Shown: positions 9,965-21,268, numbered from the stretch's first letter. The stretch: DNA of 64,000 bases from an uncultured delta proteobacterium (GCA_963775425.1 CAVZJB010000004.1:128001-192000); one strand, 5' to 3'. A program made the numbers and translations. The notes: generated by a model from the sequence alone, not told the origin.

Positions 9965-11779
9965 TCAATGCGCCGCGCCCTTGGGCTTGGCGTTCCAGAT
10001 GCGGGTCAACAGGAACGTGCCCACCACGCCGAACGGCAGGAGGAACCACGGCCACGCCGCCCACGAGTGGGTGGTGATGTAGCCGAGCGCGAACGCCTGG
10101 ATGGCCGTCCCGAGGTAGACGGCGCCGTCGATCATGCCGACGGCGGTGGCCGCGGCCTTGCGACCGCCGAAGTCCATGGTGGCCGTGCCGGACAACAGCC
10201 CGTGAACGCCTATCACCGCGAGGCTGATGAAGAACACGATGACGCCGAGCACCCACGGCGACATCGGCAGCTCCGGGCGCGCGCCGAGGACACGCTTGTC
10301 ACCCGCGCGCTGCGTGGCCGCCGGATCCGGGACGGCGACCTCGAGGCTCTGGCCGTGGCGATCGATCTTGAGCGTCAGCGGGCCCTGGTGCGGCGCCGCC
10401 GTGCGCGCCGCCGCCTGCGTGGAGCACACGCAGGTCTTTGGGTTCCACGTCGAATCCACGCACGTCGGCTCGATGCACGCCACCGCGGGGCCCACCGCGG
10501 CCCAGCCCTCGATGGGCTTGTCGTCGATGGCGAGGATGCGGTCGCCGGCCTGAAGTCCCGTGCCGTCCTTGGCCCACGACACGACGTTGGTGGCCGGCGC
10601 CAGCGCGAAGGCCATGGCGATGACGCACACCGTGAGGAGCACGTACAGCCCGAAGGCGGCCGGCGCGCGGCGCGACTGGAAAAACAGGTCGCTCACCCAG
10701 CCGCCGACGTTGCCGCCGATGACGCCCGCGACGAACAAGAGGCCGCCCCAACCGGCGAGGAAGAACGGTGAGAGCGCCGCGAGCGTCACCGCCGAGATGA
10801 GCGCGCGCCGGATGTTGCCGCCGGCGACGCGCGCGATGACCGCGTTCAGCACGACGCCGAGCGCCACCGCCAGCGCCAGCGTCGAGAAGTGCCAGTCGCC
10901 GTTGATGAGCGGGTGCGAGTGCGGGAGGACCCAGACCTCCTTGGCGTAGATGGGGAACCACTGCATCACGCCCTGGCGCAGGATGCCCGTGCACAGCTCG
11001 ATGCCACCGACGGTGAGCAGGATGGGGTTGGTGAACAGGCGCTTGAACACCTGGAGCGTCGGCAGCGGTACGTCGTCGTCGCCGCTGCTGGCGTCGGCCG
11101 TGTCGAAGTCCTCGTGGCCGGCCTCGCTCGGCTTGTTCCGGAGGAGGAAGACCTCGATGACCAACATGATGGCCAGGAGCGCCGCCGGCGTGAAGAAGAC
11201 CACCCAGGTGGACTTGACGCCCGGGAACATCTGCTTGCCGACGTCGAGCAGCCAGAAGTTCACCGAGAACGCGAGGAAGATCCCCGACGAGATCATGGTG
11301 CCGAAGATGCCGGAGAAGCCGCCGCGCTCGCGCACGTGGAACCAGTTCGAGTTGACCTTGACGATGGAAGCGGCGCCGAAGGTCTGAAAGAACATGTTCG
11401 TGGCATACAGCACGCTGAACACCGTGCGCAGCGGCGCCGTGGCGGCGTCGGGGAGCCCGAGCACGTGGTGCAGGTAGAGGCCCATGGCGAGGTTGGCGCT
11501 GCAGGCGCCCGTGAGGCCGATGAGCATCCCGCGGCGGCCGCCGAAGCAATCCACGAACGGCCCCGTGACGAAGTACGACGTGGCGTACACGACGGTGCCG
11601 ATGCCGAAGATGACGCCGAAGTCCTCTTTGGTCATCAGGTCGCCGAGCGACGTCTTGGCGACCGTGAGGTTGTACCGCCCCATGTAGAGCATGGCGTAGG
11701 AGAGGCCGAGCGGGAACCAGTTGAGGAAGCGCCGAGTCCTGAACGCCTGGCTGTGGGTGACGATGGCTTCAGGAGGCAT
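9965..11779 (-). CDS. MFS transporter, GlpT/OPA-like, with an inserted PDZ-like domain
   Basis: YMGRYNL, GPFVDCFGGRR, NWFHVRERGGFSGIF, GWVSDLFFQSRRAP, ATAVGMIDG; insert GLQAGDRILAIDDKPI...LTLKIDRHGQ. Confidence 0.85.
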   Translation of the reverse strand: MPPEAIVTHSQAFRTRRFLNWFPLGLSYAMLYMGRYNLTVAKTSLGDLMTKEDFGVIFGIGTVVYATSYFVTGPFVDCFGGRRGMLIGLTGACSANLAMGLYLHHVLGLPDAATAPLRTVFSVLYATNMFFQTFGAASIVKVNSNWFHVRERGGFSGIFGTMISSGIFLAFSVNFWLLDVGKQMFPGVKSTWVVFFTPAALLAIMLVIEVFLLRNKPSEAGHEDFDTADASSGDDDVPLPTLQVFKRLFTNPILLTVGGIELCTGILRQGVMQWFPIYAKEVWVLPHSHPLINGDWHFSTLALAVALGVVLNAVIARVAGGNIRRALISAVTLAALSPFFLAGWGGLLFVAGVIGGNVGGWVSDLFFQSRRAPAAFGLYVLLTVCVIAMAFALAPATNVVSWAKDGTGLQAGDRILAIDDKPIEGWAAVGPAVACIEPTCVDSTWNPKTCVCSTQAAARTAAPHQGPLTLKIDRHGQSLEVAVPDPAATQRAGDKRVLGARPELPMSPWVLGVIVFFISLAVIGVHGLLSGTATMDFGGRKAAATAVGMIDGAVYLGTAIQAFALGYITTHSWAAWPWFLLPFGVVGTFLLTRIWNAKPKGAAH

Positions 11780-12551
11780 TCGGTGTCTTCTCGTTGCTGC
11801 GACCGGAGGGATCGGCCGCCAGGTTGTCGGTGAGGTCGGGGATGCGGCGCACCACCGGCAACAGCGAAGGAGGGTCGGGCGCGTGCGCGGTCTCGACGAA
11901 GAAGTGGTGCGCCTGCGGCCAGCGGGCCGCGAACAGGTTGCAGTTGGCGGGCTCGTTGTCGAACGTGCCCGCGACGTCGCCGAGCTCGTCCATGAAGTGC
12001 AGGGCCTCGCGCTTGAAGTCGAGGTCCGTGTCCTCCCAGGCGTGCTTGAGCACCACGGCGGTGCGCGGGATGCCGACGGGGAAGCCGTGCGTGCGCAGCG
12101 AGGACACGCAGCCCACGAGCATGTTCGGGGCGTCGCGCCCGCTCAGGTACACGAGGCTGGCGCCGGCGCGAAACAGCTCGTCGGCGAAGCGGACGGCGCC
12201 GGGCAGAGGCTCGTCGAAGCGCTGGTAGTCGTCGGTGAAGAAGCGCTCCCGCCAGAACTTCTGCGCGCGCTCGACGATCACGGCGTCGTCGACGCCGCAG
12301 CGGGCGAGGGTGTCGGTGAGGAGGTACGGCAGGTTCTTGCGCGGCAGGCCGTCGAGCGAGCGGCGCAGCGCGGGGCCCTGGCCGCCGGCGAGCGTGGACT
12401 CCGCGAAGTCGACGAGGATCTGCCAGGTGCGCGGGCCGTTGTCGAAGAGCGTGCCGTCGAGATCGAACACCACCACCGCCCGCCGCGCCCCCTCACCGGC
12501 CGAGGCGGTGGGCGTGCGGCAGCGCTCGATCACGTCGCGGAGCGTCGCCAT
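11769..12551 (-). CDS. HAD-superfamily hydrolase/phosphatase
   Basis: VVFDLDGTLFD (motif I), YLSGR (motif II), FK, TFDNEPAN; its end overlaps the MFS start. Confidence 0.85.
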   Translation of the reverse strand: MATLRDVIERCRTPTASAGEGARRAVVVFDLDGTLFDNGPRTWQILVDFAESTLAGGQGPALRRSLDGLPRKNLPYLLTDTLARCGVDDAVIVERAQKFWRERFFTDDYQRFDEPLPGAVRFADELFRAGASLVYLSGRDAPNMLVGCVSSLRTHGFPVGIPRTAVVLKHAWEDTDLDFKREALHFMDELGDVAGTFDNEPANCNLFAARWPQAHHFFVETAHAPDPPSLLPVVRRIPDLTDNLAADPSGRSNEKTPNAS

Positions 12552-12632
12552 GAACGCGTGTTCGCACGTGTGGCGTCGACGTCAATGCGGGGCGGATCAG
12601 CCACCCGAGGGGCAACCGCGCCGGACCGGGTG

Positions 12633-14288
12633 TCAGGAGCCCTCGCCGAGGAACACGCCGACGAGGCTGGCGTCCTGGCGGAACCAGCCGGGGCTGCCGG
12701 CGACGCCCGTGAACAGATCGGTGCGGCCTCCGACGTACATCCCGAACACCGGCAGGATGTAGCGAAGCTCGGCGGACACGAGGAGATCGGGCTGCAGCAC
12801 CCCCGCCTCTCCCCGCACGCGCCAGTGCATGCGCTCGTCGAGCAGCGACCCGCCGACGACGGCGCCCGCGGCCACGCGGTGCACCTGGCGCGCGTTTGCG
12901 TCCTCGATGTTGCTCAGGGGCTCCACGCCCCAGAGGATGGAGCCCGCGGGGACGCGATCCCACACGACGTCGAACAGCTCGAGCGAGCCGTCGACGAAGC
13001 GGCCGAGCTGCCCCTCCACCGCGAGCGCCGCCGCCGCCTGCGTCACCTTGATGGTGCGCAGGCCGAGATCGTCGGCGAGGATGGCGCTCTTCCCGCCGAG
13101 GCCGCCGGCGTTCGGGTACGCCACCGCCTCCGCGCGCACGACGACGACGCCGAGGCCCCACGACGCGTCGAGCGAGAACGACGTCGTGCGATCGTGGGCG
13201 AGGGTGCCGCTGCCGCCGACGCACCCGAGGCTGATGTCGTCCCCGCACGGCAGCGGCAGGTCACCGACCGCGCCGGGTCTGATCGCGAGCAGCTCGGACG
13301 CCAGCGCGCGCGCGACGTCGGGGCGCAGGTGCAGCCGCGGCGTCTCGTCGTAACCCCACACGACGCTGCCGCTGATGTCGACGTCGCCGACCCGGCGCCA
13401 GGCGCGCGCCGCCAGGGTGGACGTCTGCACGAACACGGGGGCGTCGAGCAGCGAGCTCGTGTCGTCGTCGGCGAGCAGGCCGCCCGCGCGCGCGGGGCTC
13501 CGCACGAGCGCGGTCTGGTACCGCGCGATGCGCACGCCGCCCTGGTTGGCGGCGGCGAGGCTGCCCTCGGTGTCTTCGTATTGCGTGAGGACCACGCCCT
13601 CGACGCCGAGGGAGCCCACCGAGGTGCGCAGCAGGCCGCCCCACATCGGCTGCTTCTGGCGCGCGGGATCGGGGAACGGCTCGCCGCGCCTGTAGTCGGG
13701 TGGGTTGACGCGATCGCCGAGCGCCGCGCCGAGCGTCCGCCCCCAGGGGACGACGACGCGCCCGAGGTTCACCGCGGCTTTGCCGACGTTGATCTTCGCG
13801 TACGCCTCGTAGAGGTCGACGATGGGGACCAGGCGCCCGCGGGGGGTGCCGTCGATGGCGACGCGGCCGAAGCCGTTCGAGTAGAGCTTGAGGTTCGGCG
13901 CGGGCAGCAACCAGCTCTCGAGCCACACGCTGCCGAGCATGCGAAACGGGCCGTCCGCCGGGTCCACGAGCTGGACGCCGCCGAAGAGCGCGGAGTCGGC
14001 GCCGACGTGCCACGTCTCCCAGAGGCGGCCCAGCGCGCCGGTGACCGGCGGGGTCTCCGGGCGCGGCCCCTCGTCGGGGTCCTCGATGACGATGATGTCG
14101 CCCTCGCCGGACTTCGCGTCGCCGCCTTTGTCGCCGGCGACCTCGGCTTTCCTGGCTGACGGGGGAGGCGAGTCATCACCGTCGTCGATGATGATGATCT
14201 CGTCCGGCTCAACCGGCCGCTGGGCGTCCCGTGCGGCAGAGGCCACGTCGGAGCAAAAGAGCAACAGGACGGCGAGCGGGGCCGCCAT
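12633..14288 (-). CDS. Outer-membrane beta-barrel protein (DUF1302-like)
   Basis: Signal peptide; DLYEAYAKINVG..LGRVVVPWG...DRVNPPD motif; amphipathic strands. Confidence 0.6.
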   Translation of the reverse strand: MAAPLAVLLLFCSDVASAARDAQRPVEPDEIIIIDDGDDSPPPSARKAEVAGDKGGDAKSGEGDIIVIEDPDEGPRPETPPVTGALGRLWETWHVGADSALFGGVQLVDPADGPFRMLGSVWLESWLLPAPNLKLYSNGFGRVAIDGTPRGRLVPIVDLYEAYAKINVGKAAVNLGRVVVPWGRTLGAALGDRVNPPDYRRGEPFPDPARQKQPMWGGLLRTSVGSLGVEGVVLTQYEDTEGSLAAANQGGVRIARYQTALVRSPARAGGLLADDDTSSLLDAPVFVQTSTLAARAWRRVGDVDISGSVVWGYDETPRLHLRPDVARALASELLAIRPGAVGDLPLPCGDDISLGCVGGSGTLAHDRTTSFSLDASWGLGVVVVRAEAVAYPNAGGLGGKSAILADDLGLRTIKVTQAAAALAVEGQLGRFVDGSLELFDVVWDRVPAGSILWGVEPLSNIEDANARQVHRVAAGAVVGGSLLDERMHWRVRGEAGVLQPDLLVSAELRYILPVFGMYVGGRTDLFTGVAGSPGWFRQDASLVGVFLGEGS

Positions 14289-14300
14289 CGCAGCGCCGCG

Positions 14301-14513
14301 TCAGACGGCTCCCTGGCTCATCGCCAGGCGCTTCTCCCGCTTGCGCGCGCGGGCCTCGGCGGCACGGGCCTTCAGCTTCGCCTTGACGGACGGCTTCAGG
14401 TAGTGCTCGCGCTTGCGGACCTCTTTGAGGATGCCCGCCTGTTCGACCTTGCGCTTGAAGCGCTTGATCGCCCGATCCACCGTCTCACCGTCGCGAACCG
14501 TCACCTTGGTCAA
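14301..14513 (-). CDS. rpsU: 30S ribosomal protein bS21
   Basis: [39 protein letters not shown]; TTG start with an AGGAG SD. Confidence 0.97.
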   Translation of the reverse strand: MTKVTVRDGETVDRAIKRFKRKVEQAGILKEVRKREHYLKPSVKAKLKARAAEARARKREKRLAMSQGAV

Positions 14514-14539
14514 GACCGACTCCTGGGAAATTCACCCTC

Positions 14540-14568
14540 GGGGTACCGAGCCCTCGCGGGCATGTCAA
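14540..14568 (-). promoter_or_regulatory. Putative sigma70-type promoter for rpsU
   Basis: Minus strand TTGACA-17 nt-TACCCC (perfect -35, weak -10). Confidence 0.5.
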
Positions 14569-14660
14569 CGCGTGGGGGGCGTCCCCGGCGCGGCGTATCG
14601 CGGCGGGGCGCGCCCCGGGCGCATTTGAGCCGGCCTCCGCCCGCGTGTTACTCCGGGGCC

Positions 14661-15749
14661 ATGCGAAGCGCAGCCGTCGTCATCGTCGTCGCGTGCGCCG
14701 GGGCGCTGACGATCTCGCCGGCCGCTCGCGCCAGCGACATCGACGACGCCGACAAGGGCGGCGGCGACGACGCCGACAAGGGCGGCGGCGCCGGCGGCGT
14801 CGACCGCCTGGTGGACGCCTTGCGCACGTCCGACAGCTTCAAGGTGCGGGCCACCGCCGCGGTCGCCCTCGGGCACATCGGCGATCCCCGGGCGGCCCCC
14901 GCCCTCGAAAACGCCCTCCGCTCCGACGATCACTACGCCGTCCGGCTCGCCGCCGCGGCCGCCCTCGGCCGGCTGCCCACCACCGAGGGCATCCCCGCCC
15001 TGCTCGTCGCGCTGCACGACCAGGACCAGTTCGTGCGCGAGGAGGCCAACGGCGCCCTCGATCGCTTCCACACCACCGCCTCCGTCTTCGCGTTCCGCGA
15101 CGCCCTCGAGTCCGAAGACGCCGCCTCGCGGCTGGCGGCGGTGCGGGCGTACGGCGACGTGCTCCGCGAAAACCAGGAGCTCGCGCCCATCGTCGTCAAC
15201 GCCCTCGCCGACGACAACGACGAGGTCTCCCACGCGGCCGACACCGCCCTCGCCGGCATCCCCCACGAGCGCGCCGTACCGGTGCTGGTGGCGGCTTTGT
15301 CGTCGGGCGGATCGGCGGTGCGGGCGGCGTGCGCGAGGCTCCTCGCCAAGCGGGCCGACCAATCCGCGGTGGAGCCGCTCATCGTCATGCTGATGGACAT
15401 CGACGACGTCGACGACGTCCACGCCGCGGCCAAGGACGCGCTCAAGGCGCACCGCGACTACCTCGATCTCCCCGCGCGACGGGCCGCGGCGGCCGACACC
15501 TCTCCCGAGGCCAAAGACAAGCGTATCGAGGCGCTGCGGGTGCTCGCCGCCGTCGGTGACGCGAGCGCGGCCGGCCTCGTCGAGACCGCGCTGAAGGACA
15601 AGGACCCCACCGTGCGCGTCGCCGCGGCGCGCGCCGCCGTGGACCTCGGCGGCGACGGCGCCCGCCGCATGCTCCTGGCGGCCAAGGCCAAAGAGACCGA
15701 CGCGCGAATGCAAAAACAGCTCGAGCTGTTGCTCAACACCCTGCGCTGA
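14661..15749 (+). CDS. Exported HEAT/PBS-lyase repeat protein
   Basis: Signal peptide; repeated VRxxAAxALG..D..A.PAL..AL.D motifs. Confidence 0.85.
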   Translation: MRSAAVVIVVACAGALTISPAARASDIDDADKGGGDDADKGGGAGGVDRLVDALRTSDSFKVRATAAVALGHIGDPRAAPALENALRSDDHYAVRLAAAAALGRLPTTEGIPALLVALHDQDQFVREEANGALDRFHTTASVFAFRDALESEDAASRLAAVRAYGDVLRENQELAPIVVNALADDNDEVSHAADTALAGIPHERAVPVLVAALSSGGSAVRAACARLLAKRADQSAVEPLIVMLMDIDDVDDVHAAAKDALKAHRDYLDLPARRAAAADTSPEAKDKRIEALRVLAAVGDASAAGLVETALKDKDPTVRVAAARAAVDLGGDGARRMLLAAKAKETDARMQKQLELLLNTLR

Positions 15750-15751
15750 CG

Positions 15752-16603
15752 GTGAACCACCCCGGGATCGTCGTCGACGAGAGCCGTCAGTCGCCGGACC
15801 ATCCGCGCCGCTTGCCGCTGGTCTACGGACGCACGCTGTCGTTCACGGAGACCGGCATGAGCCTCCTGCCGGGGCCCTCGCGCGCCAGCCTCGACGTCGA
15901 CGTGGACGGCGCGCGCCTGTTCACGGCCAAGGGCCCCGAGCACATCGGCTTCGGCGACCAGTTCCGCGTGCGCCGGCACCCGTACCACCTCGACCCCGCC
16001 GACGAGCTGCTCGTCGACGTGCGCGCCATCGGCACCTGCATCGCCTTCAACTGCTTCCACGCCGGCGAGGCCGACGTCCGTTGGCGGGGCTTCGCGGTCG
16101 CCGATCCCGAGCGGCTGCCCCTCGACGTGCGGACCGGGCGCGACGAGGTGCGCTACGCCCCGTCGACGACGGGCATGCCCCTCGAGCACCTGATCGCGGC
16201 GACGGAGGCGCAGGGCGCGCGCATGGACGCCGGTGTCGCCCTCGCGCTGGCGATGCCGCTGTTGACGGCGGCCATCGACCGCGCCCGCGTCACCGCGCTC
16301 GACGTCGTCGCCACCTGGGAAGGCGGCGCGGTGCTCTCGGTGCGCAGCTACCGGCGTCGGCCGCGGGACGAGCCGATCGCGCACGCGGTCGCGCGCGCGG
16401 TGACGACGTTCTGGCGCCTGTCCGGCCGCGAGCCCGCCGACGCGATCGTCGACGCGCACGTCGAGGAGATGCGCGCCATGAAGCAGGCGCCGCCGGCGGA
16501 GGTCGCGAGCGTGGTGAAGGCGCTGTTCCCCGACGCGTGGGCCGTCGAGCGAGCGGTGCGGGAGCAGGCGGGGATGCTCGACGTCGACGCGTTCCTTGCG
16601 TAA
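15752..16603 (+). CDS. Hypothetical protein with a C-terminal half weakly kinase-like
   Basis: Directly follows the HEAT gene; GMPLEHLI...VALALAMPLL...VVATWEGGAVL. Confidence 0.55.
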   Translation: MNHPGIVVDESRQSPDHPRRLPLVYGRTLSFTETGMSLLPGPSRASLDVDVDGARLFTAKGPEHIGFGDQFRVRRHPYHLDPADELLVDVRAIGTCIAFNCFHAGEADVRWRGFAVADPERLPLDVRTGRDEVRYAPSTTGMPLEHLIAATEAQGARMDAGVALALAMPLLTAAIDRARVTALDVVATWEGGAVLSVRSYRRRPRDEPIAHAVARAVTTFWRLSGREPADAIVDAHVEEMRAMKQAPPAEVASVVKALFPDAWAVERAVREQAGMLDVDAFLA

Positions 16604-16644
16604 CACACGGTCGCCGCTATGCTCGCCGCATCAGGGAGGTGGGC

Positions 16645-17847
16645 GTGAAGCGGGTGCTCGTCACCGTCGCCGGCAGCGACGCCCCGGGCATCACCGCGTC
16701 CCTCACGGGCATCATCGCGCAGGACGGCGCCGAGCTCCTCGACATCGAGCAGGTCGTGGTCCAGCACCACCTCACCCTGTGCGTCGTCGTGGGCGTCGAC
16801 GCCGAGCAGGGCCACGGCGCCGTCGTCAAGGACCTGCTGTTTCGCGCCAAGGAGCTCGGCCTCGACCTGGACTTCGAGATCCTCGATGACGCGTCGGACA
16901 CGCCCGCCATCCCGCGCGCCTCCTACGCCGTGACCGTCATCGGCGACGGCGTCGACGCCGCCTGCGTCCACGAGCTCACCGCGTGCCTCGCCCGCCTCCA
17001 CGCCAACATCGACGCCATCGAGCGCCTCTCGGACCGCGCGCTGTCGTCGTTGGAGATCGTCATCTCGCTGGAGCGCAACGAGGACAAGGCAGCGATCCTG
17101 CGGCGCGAGCTGATGACCATCGCCGCCGCGCGCAACGTCGACCTCGCCATGCAGCGCGAGACGCTCACGCGCAGGGCCAAGCGCCTCGTGGTCATGGACA
17201 TGGACTCCACGTTGATCCGCGTGGAGATCATCGACGAGCTCGCGCGCGAGTACGGCGTCCACGATCAGGTCGCCGAGATCACCCGGAACGCCATGCGCGG
17301 CAACATGCCGTACGAGGAGAGCCTCAAGCAGCGCGTGGCGCTGTTGAAGGGCATGCCGTGGGCGTCGGTGCTCAAGGTGGCCGGCGATCCGCCCATCACC
17401 GACGGCGCCGAGCAGCTCCTCAAGGTCCTGCGCGGCCTCGGCTACAAGACCGGCGTCATCTCCGGCGGCTTCTCCGTCGCCGCGGAGTCCCTGCGCGCGC
17501 GCCTCGGCCTCGACTACGCGTATTCGAACACGCTCGAGGCCAAGGACGGCAAGCTCACCGGCCGCGTGCTCGAACCCATCGTGGGGCCGCAACGCAAGGC
17601 CGACCTCCTCGACGCCATCGCCCAACGGGAGGGAATTCCCCTCGAGCAGACCATCGCCATCGGCGACGGCGCCAACGACCTGCTGATGCTCGAGAAGGCC
17701 GGCCTCGGCATCGCCTTCCACGCCAAGCAGAAGCTCCGCGACGCCGCGGACACGTCGCTGTCGCAGGGTGGCCTCGACCACATCCTCTACCTGCTCGGCC
17801 TGCGCGCCCGCGACATCCGCGAGTTCCTCGAAAACGGCGGCGGCTGA
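16645..17847 (+). CDS. serB: Phosphoserine phosphatase with two ACT domains
   Basis: LVTVAGSDAPGI (ACT), VVMDMDSTLI..EIIDELA, ISGGF, AIGDGANDLLML; GGAGG SD before GTG. Confidence 0.95.
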   Translation: MKRVLVTVAGSDAPGITASLTGIIAQDGAELLDIEQVVVQHHLTLCVVVGVDAEQGHGAVVKDLLFRAKELGLDLDFEILDDASDTPAIPRASYAVTVIGDGVDAACVHELTACLARLHANIDAIERLSDRALSSLEIVISLERNEDKAAILRRELMTIAAARNVDLAMQRETLTRRAKRLVVMDMDSTLIRVEIIDELAREYGVHDQVAEITRNAMRGNMPYEESLKQRVALLKGMPWASVLKVAGDPPITDGAEQLLKVLRGLGYKTGVISGGFSVAAESLRARLGLDYAYSNTLEAKDGKLTGRVLEPIVGPQRKADLLDAIAQREGIPLEQTIAIGDGANDLLMLEKAGLGIAFHAKQKLRDAADTSLSQGGLDHILYLLGLRARDIREFLENGGG

Positions 17848-17851
17848 GAGC

Positions 17852-18997
<1,146 letters not shown>

Positions 18998-19050
18998 CGG
19001 AAACCTCCGCGGCCGTTGTTCGTCGACGTGGGAGCGCCGTCAACCGGGCG

Positions 19051-20370
19051 TCAGGGGAACGTCGCCGTGACGACGAGACCGGCGCCGCCGCCGCCGCCGC
19101 CCCCGCCGTGACGGTTGTTGCCGTCCTCGCCGGCGCCGCCGGGGCCGGAGCCGGAGCCGTCGCCGCCGCGGCCGCCGCCGCCGCTGCCGCCGGGGGCCGT
19201 GAGCCCACCGTCCGTGCCGGCAGCGCCCCCGCCGGAGTCCGACCCGCCGCCGCCGCCGCCGCCGCCGAGCGCGAAGACGAGCTCCGCGGTCACCTGCCGC
19301 GCCTCGAGGAAGAGCGTGCCGCCGGCGCCGCCGCCACCGCCGCCGCCGGCGTCGTTGCCGGCCGCCGCGCCCCCGCCGCCCCCGCCGCCCGCGCTGAGCA
19401 CGCCGGTCGCGCCCTCGAGGGTGATGCTGCCGGTCGCCGAGATCTGAAGCGCGCCGCCGCCGCCGCCCCCCGCCGCGAGCGTGCCGGCGCCGTTCGCACC
19501 GCCCCGCCCGCCGGCGCACCCACCCTCGAGCACGTCGGCGCCCGGGGGCACGCCGCCCGGCGTGCGGGCGATCGCCGAGCCCCGGCCGCCCTCCCCGCCT
19601 TCGGCGGCGTTGCCGCCGCCGCCGCCGCCGGCGCCCGCGATGCTGCCGTCGCTGCCGTCGGGGGCGGCGCACGACGCGGCGCCGGCGCCGGGCTGCGCGC
19701 CGCGGCCGCCGACGTCGACGATGCCGGTGATGTCGACGTCGCCGAGCGCGACAATCACGGGGACCCGCGCGCCCTGGAACACGACAGTGCCCGTGACGCT
19801 GAGGTTGCGGACGCCGATGACGAGCAGGCTCGGGCCCCCGCTCTGCGGGAGCACCTGGAACGGCAACGCCTGGCCACAGATGCCGCCGGCGAACGCGTCG
19901 GTGTCGACGACGGCGGTGCAGTCGAGCGCGACGTCGGGCACGTCGACGGCAGAGAACGGAGAGGCGCCGAGGTGCGAGGGGAGCCCGGCGGGGAACCCGC
20001 CATCTCCCTCTCCTTCGCCCTCTCCTTCGCCCTCCCCTTCTCCTTCTCCCTCGCCCTCCCCTTCTCCCTCTCCCTCGCCTTCCCCTTCGCCTTCGCCTTC
20101 GCCTTCGCCCTCTCCCTCTTCGCCTTCTCCCTCTCCTTCGCCTTCTCCTTCGCCCTCTTCGCCTTCGCCCTCGCCCTCGCCTTCGCCTTCGCCCTCGCCC
20201 GTGGCGACGACGGCGCAGGTGCCGGCGATGCACGCGCTGCGGGCGGCGCAGTCGGCGTCGTTGGCGCATACGAAGCCGGGCTCGTCGCAGCCCGAGAGGG
20301 CACCGAGGAGCGCGCCGACAAGCGCGCCGGGGAGCGCGAGGAGGAGCGCGGCTGCGATGCGCGGGGGCAT
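19051..20370 (-). CDS. Lipoprotein with a Cys-rich motif, a long (GE)n linker and a Gly-rich C-terminal domain
   Basis: Lipobox LSGC; CANDADC..CIAGTC; ~30 GE units; GGGGGG..GG.L.I/L repeats. Confidence 0.75.
   Translation of the reverse strand: MPPRIAAALLLALPGALVGALLGALSGCDEPGFVCANDADCAARSACIAGTCAVVATGEGEGEGEGEGEGEEGEGEGEGEGEGEEGEGEGEGEGEGEGEGEGEGEGEGEGEGEGEGEGEGEGDGGFPAGLPSHLGASPFSAVDVPDVALDCTAVVDTDAFAGGICGQALPFQVLPQSGGPSLLVIGVRNLSVTGTVVFQGARVPVIVALGDVDITGIVDVGGRGAQPGAGAASCAAPDGSDGSIAGAGGGGGGNAAEGGEGGRGSAIARTPGGVPPGADVLEGGCAGGRGGANGAGTLAAGGGGGGALQISATGSITLEGATGVLSAGGGGGGGAAAGNDAGGGGGGGAGGTLFLEARQVTAELVFALGGGGGGGGSDSGGGAAGTDGGLTAPGGSGGGGRGGDGSGSGPGGAGEDGNNRHGGGGGGGGAGLVVTATFP
20001..20200. 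repeat. (GE)n-coding 6-bp microsatellite
   Basis: Degenerate TC[GT]CC[CT] hexamer array on the + strand. Confidence 0.85.
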
Positions 20371-20400
20371 GAGGCCATGATAGTGCCGTAGAGTGCGCGT

Positions 20401-20859
20401 GTGTCTTCCTGGCGCGCCACCGGGCCCAGCGACCACGACGTCGTCGTGCGCCTGATGCGCGCGCTCTACACGGAGGACCCCTCACCGTTCGGGATGGCGG
20501 AGGACAAGGCGCGGCGCACGCTCGCGCGCCTGGAAGCGGAGCCCGCGCGCGGGTGCGCGGTGCTGTTCGAGCACGCGGGCGCGCCCGCCGGCTACGCGCT
20601 CCTCGCCAGCGTCTGGAGCAACGAGCTCGGTGGCGTCATCTGCGTCGTCGACGAGCTGTTCGTCGAGCCGGCGCTCCGGGGCCGCGGCCTCGCGTCGGGC
20701 TTCCTGCGCGCGCTGCTCGAGCGGCGCGCGCCGTGGTTCGGCGACGCCGTGGCGGTCGAGCTCGAGGTGACGCCGGGGAACGCGAGAGCGCGGACCCTCT
20801 ACGAGCGGCTCGGCTTCGCGACCAAGAAGAACGCCACGCTGCGCGCTCAGCCGAGATAG
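20401..20859 (+). CDS. GNAT N-acetyltransferase
   Basis: VDELFVEPALRGRGLAS, LEVTPGNARARTLYERLGF. Confidence 0.9.
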   Translation: MSSWRATGPSDHDVVVRLMRALYTEDPSPFGMAEDKARRTLARLEAEPARGCAVLFEHAGAPAGYALLASVWSNELGGVICVVDELFVEPALRGRGLASGFLRALLERRAPWFGDAVAVELEVTPGNARARTLYERLGFATKKNATLRAQPR

Positions 20860-21260
20860 CTCTCGAACACGGCGCGGAGCTCCTCGGTGAGCGGGAGCGA
20901 CTTCTGCGTGTCGAGGTCGATGAAGACGGTGGTGATGCGCGCGGTGAACGACAGTGCGGAGTCGCGCTTGCGCCGGATCTCGTAGCGCATGTCGACGGCG
21001 GAGCGGCCGACCCGGGTGACGGCGAGGGTGACGATGGCGGTGTCGCCGTAGCTGAGGGGCGCGGTGAAGTCCGCCTCGATGTGCACGGTGGGGAAGCCGC
21101 GGCGCTTCTTCTCGATGAGGTCCGGGTACGAAAACGGCGCGGCCGCGTCGAAGAAGTCCTCGAAGGCCGCGTGGCACAGGTGAAGGAAGCGGGGGTAGTA
21201 GACGATGCCGGCGCCGTCGACGTCGTCGAACCGGATCTTCTGCACGCTGGTGTAGGCCAT
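20847..21260 (-). CDS. Hotdog-fold acyl-CoA thioesterase (4HBT/YbgC-like)
   Basis: IRFDDVDGAGIVYYPRF, ADFTAPLSYGD. Confidence 0.9.
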   Translation of the reverse strand: MAYTSVQKIRFDDVDGAGIVYYPRFLHLCHAAFEDFFDAAAPFSYPDLIEKKRRGFPTVHIEADFTAPLSYGDTAIVTLAVTRVGRSAVDMRYEIRRKRDSALSFTARITTVFIDLDTQKSLPLTEELRAVFESYLG

Positions 21261-21268
21261 GGCGACGG

